From: an uncultured archaeon
GTDB lineage: Archaea; Iainarchaeota; Iainarchaeia; Iainarchaeales; 0-14-0-20-30-16
Length of the DNA stretch: 32,000 bases
Direction: 5' to 3'
Assembly (NCBI GenBank): GCA_964565725.1
Contig: CAZMGA010000004.1
Location: 5,954 to 37,953, forward strand
This document shows positions 1 through 6,380 of this stretch, in pieces; the stretch's first letter is position 1; each line of letters begins with the position of its first letter. The position numbers and the translations under genes were made by a program. Below the pieces are notes generated by a model that made no database searches, was not told where the DNA came from, and saw only the letters and a program-made list of their open reading frames with translations.

Positions 1-55
1 ATAATTAGTTCCATATAGATTAGTGCTTTTTTCAATATAAAAATTCATATTCTCA

Positions 56-1255
56 CTAAAAATCAGTTTCTAAAATTTTTAAAGCTATATTTGAATCAAT
101 TGCCATTTTAATTAATGTTGTTGAACCTCTTACCCCTTTTCCAGATGTTGAAATTATTAAAAAACCATATGTGCTTAATTCATCTAAATACTGTTTAAAC
201 CATTTCATAGATACTGGTTGTTTACCTATATTTTTTATTTGTTTTACATATTCTAAATATGCATCTCCAGAATATATTACGTGTCCATCATCCAATAAGT
301 GTGTTGAAAATCTATTATTTTTTACCATGTTTGCAATTGCAAATAAAACTATTTTAATTTGTTCTGGCAATGTAGATAACATATCCACAATTATTTCTAT
401 TTCTACTTGTTTTTTTGCTTCTTTAATTTCTAAGTCTGTAATCTTAAAAGTATTTTTTTTATCTGCTAATTCTCCTGCGCTTTCTAATAACAATAAAGCA
501 GTTCTTGCGTCTCCTGATTCTTGTGCTGCATATGCTGCTGCTAAAGATATTGCGCTTTCTTCAACAGAATTTTCTATAAATCCTAAAGGTATTCTTTGTT
601 TTAATATTTCTTTTAATTCTTGTGCATTGTATGGTGGAAATATTAATTCTTTTTTGCACAATCCAGATTTTGTTCTTGTATCTAATTCGTCTTTAAATAA
701 AACATTATTAGATATTCCTATTATGGTTGTGCCACCTTTTTTTAATTCATCATTTAATCTAACAATAGAATATATTGTATCATTGGCATCTTTAATTAAA
801 TCTATTTCATCTAAAACAATCATTAAGAATAAATTATTTTTTTCAATTTCTTTTACTATATTGTCATAAATAAAACTTGCAGAATAACCAAAATAACTTT
901 TAGGGAATAATTTGTCTGCAATTTTTAATAATACTTTGTATTTTGAATTATAAGTTCTACAATTTAAATAAACAGTTAATAGTTTTTGTTCTAATTCGCT
1001 TTCATTTTGTATTTCTTGCATTTTTGCTAATACTTTATTAATTGTTGATGTTTTTCCTGTTCCACATTTACCATAGATAAATATATTATTTGGTTTATTT
1101 CCTTGTAATGCTGGTGCCAAATTTATTATTATTTCTTGAATTTGTTGTTCTCTAAATGGCAAAGTATCTGGAACATAATGTGGTGAAATTAAATCTTTAT
1201 TTTTAAAAACACTCTTTTTATTTATCTCTTTTCTAAACATTTCCTTTATGTCCAT
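56..1255 (-). CDS. cdc6: Orc1/Cdc6 replication initiator (AAA+ ATPase with C-terminal winged helix)
   Basis: 399-aa ORF. Walker A 'GKCGTGKTS', Walker B 'IVLDEIDL', then 'TIIGISNN', and a C-terminal winged-helix-like end 'SGKGVRGSTTLIKM'. The layout is typical of archaeal Orc1/Cdc6. Confidence 0.9.
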   Translation of the reverse strand: MDIKEMFRKEINKKSVFKNKDLISPHYVPDTLPFREQQIQEIIINLAPALQGNKPNNIFIYGKCGTGKTSTINKVLAKMQEIQNESELEQKLLTVYLNCRTYNSKYKVLLKIADKLFPKSYFGYSASFIYDNIVKEIEKNNLFLMIVLDEIDLIKDANDTIYSIVRLNDELKKGGTTIIGISNNVLFKDELDTRTKSGLCKKELIFPPYNAQELKEILKQRIPLGFIENSVEESAISLAAAYAAQESGDARTALLLLESAGELADKKNTFKITDLEIKEAKKQVEIEIIVDMLSTLPEQIKIVLFAIANMVKNNRFSTHLLDDGHVIYSGDAYLEYVKQIKNIGKQPVSMKWFKQYLDELSTYGFLIISTSGKGVRGSTTLIKMAIDSNIALKILETDF

Positions 1256-1327
1256 ATATATAACCTAAAACAAAAAATATATAAAGTAATAGGAAAACTT
1301 TTTTAAATTGGTTTACTTCTTATATTA

Positions 1328-1792
1328 ATGTTGAAAAAATATAAGGATATTATAAAATTATTTTTTAATGTTTGTATTAGTTTAACTATATTTTATATTT
1401 TAAGTTTTTTTATAAAATTACAATATCCTATAGTAAAATTATTCAATTATTTTAAATTAGTTGATTCTTTTGGGGTTGCAAATATAAATAATAATATAAT
1501 AATTATAGATTCCCAATGTTCTGGTTTTTTTTCGATTTTTGTTTTTATAACTGTAATATTAAGTCCTTTAACAAATTTGAACAAAAAACAAAAATTAATT
1601 TATTGTATTTTAGGTTCATTAATATTATATTTGACAAATATTTTGCGATTATCAATTTTTTTCATATTCCCTAATTATTTTGACTTAGTTCATTTTTTAG
1701 GTTGGATTTTAATGTCTTTTTTAATTTTAATATTATGGTATATTGCAAACAAAACTAAAAGAATTATACCAAATCAACATAATTCCTTATAA
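1328..1792 (+). CDS. Minimal exosortase/archaeosortase-family membrane protein
   Basis: 154-aa ORF that is hydrophobic almost throughout (about 4-5 TM segments). It carries the Cys/Arg/His signature of the exosortase/archaeosortase domain in the right order: 'DSQCSGFFSI', 'LTNILRLSIFF', 'VHFLGWIL'. It is much shorter than ArtA/EpsH-type enzymes. Confidence 0.55.
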   Translation: MLKKYKDIIKLFFNVCISLTIFYILSFFIKLQYPIVKLFNYFKLVDSFGVANINNNIIIIDSQCSGFFSIFVFITVILSPLTNLNKKQKLIYCILGSLILYLTNILRLSIFFIFPNYFDLVHFLGWILMSFLILILWYIANKTKRIIPNQHNSL

Positions 1793-2078
1793 AACCTTGG
1801 TGCTAATATATTTATTATATATAGGTGATTTTATACCAATAAAGAAACCATTAACTTATAAAAAGACAGTAAAGGGCAAAGAAATAACTAAATTATCAAA
1901 ATCTTCTACCCATAAGGAAGTAAAAAAAGCAAGACAAAATATTACGAGCGAACAAGTATCTAGTATTTTGACAGAATCAAAATTAATAGGTAAACAAGTT
2001 GTTCGTTTATTATTATCAAAAGGATTAGATGCAAGACAATTAAAATTAAGAGGTATTTTATCACATATTTTAAAATAA
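1743..2078 (+). CDS. Hypothetical protein with N-terminal hydrophobic segment, Lys-rich linker and one or two decapeptide-repeat-like units at the C-terminus
   Basis: The first 50 nt of this 111-aa ORF overlap the previous gene. In-frame TTG (1797) and GTG (1800), just after that gene's stop, are more plausible starts and would give 'LVLIYLLYIGDFI...'. The C-terminal 'GLDARQLKLRG' resembles the repeat unit of the next ORF. This ORF is in the same frame as 2094..2408, separated only by TAA at 2076-2078. Confidence 0.4.
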   Translation: MQTKLKELYQINIIPYKTLVLIYLLYIGDFIPIKKPLTYKKTVKGKEITKLSKSSTHKEVKKARQNITSEQVSSILTESKLIGKQVVRLLLSKGLDARQLKLRGILSHILK

Positions 2079-2384
2079 AAATTAAACTTATCTGTGAAAG
2101 ATTTAGAATCTATTGGTTATAATATTAATGATATACTTTTTGCAGGTTATGCTCCTATTCAATTAAAATCTTCTGGTTATGGTGTTAAGAAGTTAAAATA
2201 TCTTGGTTTTGATGCAAGAAAAGTAATGAGTTATGGTTATAGTTTAAGTAATTTAAGATCTCTTGGTTTTAATGTTAAAGACTTAATCTCTGTTGGTTAT
2301 AGTCCAAAAGAATTATTATCTGCTGGTTTAAGTGTTAGAGACTTAATCTCTAGTGGTGTTTCTCAAGCCGAAGTAATTAGAATA
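2022..2384 (+). repeat. Coding tandem repeat with 30-nt (10-aa) period, consensus G-[YFLV]-x-x-x-x-[LV]-x-x-x
   Basis: Nine contiguous units lie in ORF 2094..2408: GYNINDILFA GYAPIQLKSS GYGVKKLKYL GFDARKVMSY GYSLSNLRSL GFNVKDLISV GYSPKELLSA GLSVRDLISS GVSQAEVIRI. More degenerate units lie upstream: 'NLSVKDLESI' (2085-2114) and 'GLDARQLKLR' (2022-2051). The exact 12-mer 'gacttaatctct' occurs at 2280-2291 and 2340-2351. Confidence 0.8.
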
Positions 2385-2408
2385 ATTGCAGAATTAAAGA
2401 AAAAATGA
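2094..2408 (+). CDS. Decapeptide tandem-repeat protein (possibly the C-terminal part of a gene interrupted at 2076-2078)
   Basis: 104-aa ORF made almost entirely of nine 10-aa repeats. The only available start is GTG at 2094. That GTG has no GGTG-like SD, lies inside a repeat unit, and the first ATG is at codon 45. Confidence 0.5.
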   Translation: MKDLESIGYNINDILFAGYAPIQLKSSGYGVKKLKYLGFDARKVMSYGYSLSNLRSLGFNVKDLISVGYSPKELLSAGLSVRDLISSGVSQAEVIRIIAELKKK

Positions 2409-2454
2409 AATCTATTTTTTAATTTTAATATTATTTTTTTTAGTAAATAATAAT

Positions 2455-2835
2455 TTAAAAACAAATTTTAATATCCAATTCTTTTTTAATAAAATTTTCA
2501 TATATAAAAACATTTTTTCTAATACAATTTTTTTTATTTGTAATTTTTTTTAAAGAGAAAAAATCTTTTTTTATTTCATAATCTACATTAGGGATAAATT
2601 TTATTATTATTGTTTCAATATCGTAAATATTAGTTATGTTTTCACTTAATATTACATTGTACAAATCCTGTGCTTTAAAATAGTAAGATACATTTTCATA
2701 TTTTTGATTTAAGTTTATTTTTTCCAAACCTATTAAAAAGCTTATTAATAGAATTATTAAAAGTAAACATTCAAATATAAAAAATAATCCTTTATTTGCA
2801 AAATGTGAATTTTGCAATTGCTGTTTCGCTTTCAT
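2455..2835 (-). CDS. Type IV pilin-like protein (class III signal peptide candidate)
   Basis: N-terminus 'MKAKQQLQNSHFANKG|LFFIFECLLLIILLISFLIGL' has a polar leader ending in K-G followed by about 20 hydrophobic residues. An alternative TTG start at 2817 would give a 10-aa leader. It is the last gene of a co-directional cassette and overlaps the upstream gene by 44 nt. Confidence 0.5.
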   Translation of the reverse strand: MKAKQQLQNSHFANKGLFFIFECLLLIILLISFLIGLEKINLNQKYENVSYYFKAQDLYNVILSENITNIYDIETIIIKFIPNVDYEIKKDFFSLKKITNKKNCIRKNVFIYENFIKKELDIKICF

Positions 2836-3172
2836 AAACTACTAACCTCGTTATTATTGTTTTATTACAATTTATTGATCCCAAAGACAGTTTTAAATTA
2901 TTTTGTAGATCATATATTCTTATTTCTTTTATTGGTTCTTTTAATTTTATGTTTTCAATATTATTTGTTAAAGTTATATTACTTCTAATTTTGGCAAAAC
3001 CAACACCTTCGGGATTGTTTTTAGATGTTGCATTTTCAGTAATTGTTATTTGTTCTAAAAAATTAGAAAATTGATTTTCTTGAACTTTTATCGTAGTGAA
3101 TAAGATTATAAATCCTAAAATAATAGTAATAATTATTATCGGTAAATCTAATATAGTTTGACCTTTATTCAT
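2792..3172 (-). CDS. Type IV pilin-like protein (class III signal peptide)
   Basis: N-terminus 'MNKG|QTILDLPIIIITIILGFIILFTTI' has a KG|Q cleavage-type motif, an acidic residue at +5 (D) and a hydrophobic helix. N-x-S/T sequons are present (NATS, NITL, NKTI). Its start overlaps the upstream stop (ATGAATAA). Confidence 0.65.
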   Translation of the reverse strand: MNKGQTILDLPIIIITIILGFIILFTTIKVQENQFSNFLEQITITENATSKNNPEGVGFAKIRSNITLTNNIENIKLKEPIKEIRIYDLQNNLKLSLGSINCNKTIITRLVVYESETAIAKFTFCK

Positions 3173-3410
3173 AATGTCTCCTTATATGTATGTCATTATT
3201 ATCTACAAATGGTCCAAATATGTTTTCTTTTATATAACCTTTATTAAAACTATTTTCTATATTTTTGAAATAATTGTTTTCATTAGTTATTTTATTGTTA
3301 TATTCTATCTTATAATTATTAAAATTATTTAAATTCATTAAAAATAAAGACAATAAAGTTAATATTGCAAAAAGTATTAATAATAAGAACAAAGATATTT
3401 GCCCTTTCAA
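3165..3410 (-). CDS. Small type IV pilin-like protein (class III signal peptide)
   Basis: N-terminus 'MKG|QISLFLLLILFAILTLLSLFLM', 81 aa. The start codon is TTG and overlaps the upstream TGA stop (TTGA), which suggests translational coupling. Confidence 0.55.
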   Translation of the reverse strand: MKGQISLFLLLILFAILTLLSLFLMNLNNFNNYKIEYNNKITNENNYFKNIENSFNKGYIKENIFGPFVDNNDIHIRRHYE

Positions 3411-3877
3411 ATTATCACCACATTTTCAATTGAAAAATTCTTAGGTATTTCTATACTTATAGATTTATTATTTTTTATAATCGTTTTAGATTTTTTGTTT
3501 ATTATAGAATATTTATAGTAAATACAATCTAATTCACCACAAGGAATTATTTCTACTAATAAGTTTGTTTCTGTTGATAATATTAAAGGAAAATTAAAAT
3601 CATTTAATATATTATTTGTATATAGATCTATATTTGGTTTTAATTCCTCTATATTTTGATTAGTTTTTACTTTCAAATCAAGATATTGTTTTAAATTATT
3701 GTAAAAATTATACTCAAAATTAGTTCTATCATAAACTAAATCTTTTGAAGTAATAATTTCATTAATTAATTTATTTTCTTCTAAATATTTTGAAATGTTT
3801 AACGAAAAAATAGCTAACACAAATAATAGTATAATTGTAATTATAGTTGTTGTGATAAATCCTTTACTGTTCATCAT
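3407..3877 (-). CDS. Type IV pilin-like protein (class III signal peptide)
   Basis: The track ORF extends to 3943, but internal Met codons at 3877 and 3874 give 'MMNSKG|FITTTIITIILLFVLAIFSL'. This is a short leader plus hydrophobic helix, and it reduces the overlap with the upstream gene to about 11-14 nt. Confidence 0.55.
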   Translation of the reverse strand: MMNSKGFITTTIITIILLFVLAIFSLNISKYLEENKLINEIITSKDLVYDRTNFEYNFYNNLKQYLDLKVKTNQNIEELKPNIDLYTNNILNDFNFPLILSTETNLLVEIIPCGELDCIYYKYSIINKKSKTIIKNNKSISIEIPKNFSIENVVII

Positions 3878-4694
3878 AATCAAAAGCATTAAAACAAAAT
3901 TTAATTTCTCTAATTTCTTTTCCTTCTGGTTTATATTTTTCAAAAATTTTATTATCTAATTCCAAATAATCATCAAATTTTTCAGAATTATAAAAATCAA
4001 ATATTAAGGTTTTATATTTGTATTTTGTCTTGACAAAATAATTTGTACTAAAATCACTCATTTCTGCAACACAAACTTTGGCATTAAAATCTCCTAATTT
4101 GTGCATTATTGCACATGTTAAAATGCATATATCTAATTGATTACCGGTTTTTAATTTTAATATTTCTTCAGAACCTAATAAATAATTAAATGATTTTTGA
4201 GTTAATATTATAAAATTATCTTCTAATAAAGAATACCAATTTTCTATTGCTTGTAAGTAATTATTTTCATAAGAATATGGTTTTGGAGTAATATTTTCAT
4301 AAATCATGTCAAAATCTATATTTTCATATTTTATTAAACTTTTTAATTCTTCTGAGTTTTTGTTTATTATAATATTATTTAAATTTTTTTCTAAAATGTA
4401 CTTTAAATAGTCATTAAAAGCTTTATCTTCTTTATTTTTTTTAATTTCTTTATTTAACTTTTTAGTCATTTCTTCAAGTCTAAATTTTAATTTTGCAGGA
4501 TTATTTTCATATATTTCTTGAAGTTCTTTATTATATTTATTTAGTTGAACTAAAAGTTTATCTTTTATAGTTTGATTTTGTTCTTTATTAAGCTCTTTTT
4601 GAATTTTGTTTATTTTTGTTAATAACTTTTGTTCTAAATTAGGAATTTCATTTTTAAAAATTTGTTTTGATAACTTGGCTAATAATTTAGTCAT
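3864..4694 (-). CDS. Hypothetical coiled-coil protein with a C-terminal globular domain (first gene of the pilin-like cassette)
   Basis: 276-aa ORF. The N-terminal 110 aa or so are K/E/L/N-rich with heptad-like character. The C-terminal segment 'LDICILTCAIMHKLGDFNAKVCVAEM...NYFVKTKYKYKTLIFDF' faintly recalls a transglutaminase-like core but has no clear His. There is no TM segment or signal peptide. Confidence 0.45.
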   Translation of the reverse strand: MTKLLAKLSKQIFKNEIPNLEQKLLTKINKIQKELNKEQNQTIKDKLLVQLNKYNKELQEIYENNPAKLKFRLEEMTKKLNKEIKKNKEDKAFNDYLKYILEKNLNNIIINKNSEELKSLIKYENIDFDMIYENITPKPYSYENNYLQAIENWYSLLEDNFIILTQKSFNYLLGSEEILKLKTGNQLDICILTCAIMHKLGDFNAKVCVAEMSDFSTNYFVKTKYKYKTLIFDFYNSEKFDDYLELDNKIFEKYKPEGKEIREIKFCFNAFDYDEQ

Positions 4695-4728
4695 ATTAGA
4701 ATACAGTTTAAGTTATATTTATTTATTT

Positions 4729-6333
4729 CTATACTTTTAAAAAATCTTTTTTCATTCTTTTTAGTTCTTCTCTATCAAAATTAATTGTATTAAAATTGAC
4801 TTTTTCTGAATTCATGTTTGTTAAAGATTTAATACTTTTTTTTACTTCTTTTATAAATTGTGTTTTATTAAATTTAAATTCCGAATATAATTTATTGTTT
4901 TTTTCAAAAGTATTTTTATGTTTTCTTTTAAAAGCTTTTGAATTTTTAGTGTCTTTTATAAATGGACCATTAATAATGTCTTTAAAATTTGTTTCTAAAA
5001 TTATATATCCTTTATTGTTAAAATAAATTCCAGAATAGTTTTCAATTTTGTAATGTTTTGTGTTTAAATCATTAGATATTTTTTTAGTTATACTTTTTAT
5101 TATACCCCAGTTAGAATCAAACGTTTTACCATTTATATTTAATTTAAAACAAAATATATTTTTCAAATTATTTTCATAGATATCACTAAAAAAATATTTT
5201 TGACTTGGTTTTATTAAGTATTCTTTTGCTAATTTTTCAAATATTAACCAATTTTTTTTAGAAACTGCTGATGCTACATTTCTGTTTTTGTCTGTAGGGT
5301 CTAAAAAAACTAAATAATCATCAAACTTCTTTTTTTTATTATTCTTCAAAATTGTTAAATATTTATTTTCATTTAAATTAGACATATTTTTTAACACATT
5401 CTCAAACGTTTTGAACTTTAATATAAATAATTCAGTTAAATATCCTGAAAAACCATTATTTTTTTGATCTGCTCCATATAATAAATTATTTTTCAAAAAT
5501 TGTTTTAATAATATTATTTGTTTTTTACTATCTTCATTTTGGTGTTTATTTAAAAATTTTAGATGTAAAGGAGTTCTGTCAACACTTGATTTTTTATCCT
5601 TAATATTTTTAATATAAAATCCTGGTACGAAATCTATAGCATGATTTTCAATTATTGCTTTTAAATAAGGGTGTTCCCCGTATTCTTCTACAAAATTTAC
5701 TTTTGGATATGCCTTTCTTAAAAGAGTTTCATTATATTTTTTTACATCTTCAATTGATACTTTTAAATCATATAAACAAAAAATATCTAAATCTTTTTTA
5801 TTGTGTAAAAAAGTTCCTCTTGCAGAGGATCCTGCTAAAATAATTTTTTTAATTGGCAATTTCATTTTTTTTGCTTCTTTATTTAATTTTGAAATTATAT
5901 TTTTGCTTAATTTATTTATTGCTAATAATTCTTCTTTTGTGGGCTTTATTTTATTATATACTTTGTCTAAAAAATTATTATCTGATTTTATATCATAAGC
6001 TATACTTTTAATTTCAATTTTAAAATCCCTTGCTGTTTTTCTCATCATAAAATCATCTGTATGTAATTCTGCATTTAATTCATACGCTAATGCTAATACT
6101 TCTATATCTGTAAAAGATAATTGTTTTGAACATTTTTTCTTAATTATATTTATTGTATCTTTTTTAGGGTCTTGTACTTTTATTTTTGCATTATAAATTA
6201 AATTTTCAAAAATTGATTTTTGATTATTATTCAATATTTCGCTTATTACTGAGTTGGTAGTATATACATAATTTAAATCGTCAAAATAAAATCTATTTAA
6301 AAAAGCTGAACTATCAAAAACAATTTTTTTCAT
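4729..6333 (-). CDS. cca: Archaeal class I CCA-adding enzyme (tRNA nucleotidyltransferase) with an N-terminal Nob1-type PIN domain
   Basis: 534 aa. Residues from about 125 to the end carry archaeal CCA-enzyme hallmarks: 'AGSSARGTFLHNKKDLDIF', 'GEHPYLKAIIENHAIDFVPGF', 'VDRTPLHLKFL'. Residues 1 to about 115 form a PIN domain with all acidic residues: D7 'VFDSSAF', E32 'VISEIL', D76 'LSFTDIEVLALAYEL', D93/D94 'HTDDFMMRKTA'. Confidence 0.85.
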   Translation of the reverse strand: MKKIVFDSSAFLNRFYFDDLNYVYTTNSVISEILNNNQKSIFENLIYNAKIKVQDPKKDTINIIKKKCSKQLSFTDIEVLALAYELNAELHTDDFMMRKTARDFKIEIKSIAYDIKSDNNFLDKVYNKIKPTKEELLAINKLSKNIISKLNKEAKKMKLPIKKIILAGSSARGTFLHNKKDLDIFCLYDLKVSIEDVKKYNETLLRKAYPKVNFVEEYGEHPYLKAIIENHAIDFVPGFYIKNIKDKKSSVDRTPLHLKFLNKHQNEDSKKQIILLKQFLKNNLLYGADQKNNGFSGYLTELFILKFKTFENVLKNMSNLNENKYLTILKNNKKKKFDDYLVFLDPTDKNRNVASAVSKKNWLIFEKLAKEYLIKPSQKYFFSDIYENNLKNIFCFKLNINGKTFDSNWGIIKSITKKISNDLNTKHYKIENYSGIYFNNKGYIILETNFKDIINGPFIKDTKNSKAFKRKHKNTFEKNNKLYSEFKFNKTQFIKEVKKSIKSLTNMNSEKVNFNTINFDREELKRMKKDFLKV

Positions 6334-6380
6334 AATAATATATAATATATAGTTTTAAATTTATACTTTTATATATATTT

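Noticed and set aside
1-48. Possible 5' end of a minus-strand gene (ATG at 48..46, reading MNFYIEKSTNLYGTNY out of the window)
   Set aside because: Only 16 codons are visible and no motif is recognisable. The frame is open and the ATG sits 7 nt after the cdc6 stop, so it is plausible, but that is too little evidence to report as a feature.
171-869. 232-aa plus-strand ORF, together with similar track ORFs at 4796..5026, 5655..5843, 5801..5998, 9512..9784, 10110..10373, 11101..11286, 13903..14130, 16858..17073, 20276..20458, 20416..20679, 22635..22835, 24938..25243, 27000..27212 and 28528..29121
   Set aside because: Each lies entirely antisense to, or out of frame within, a gene with strong family motifs (cdc6, cca, lhr, xpd, tldD, the methyltransferase, scpA-like, signal peptidase, L31e, ftsY). 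Their translations are low-complexity (F/L/I/S/K/N-rich) with no motifs. Such shadow ORFs are expected in AT-rich DNA opposite K/E/N-rich coding sequence.
1256-1327. Possible replication origin (ORB elements) next to orc1/cdc6
   Set aside because: The spacer upstream of cdc6 is only 72 nt. It shows no repeated ORB-like or mini-ORB dyads and no extended AT-rich unwinding region distinct from background. If an origin is linked to this cdc6, it probably lies outside the window, left of position 56. This cannot be assessed here.
2076-2078. In-frame TAA as evidence for an alternative genetic code (TAA reassigned to an amino acid)
   Set aside because: TAA terminates several well-conserved genes at the expected protein ends, for example ftsY at 29798-29800 and aIF5A at 25483-25485. 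TGA and TAG also act as stops (rnz, lhr, ndk). A global reassignment is therefore not supported, although local readthrough or a nonsense mutation remains possible.
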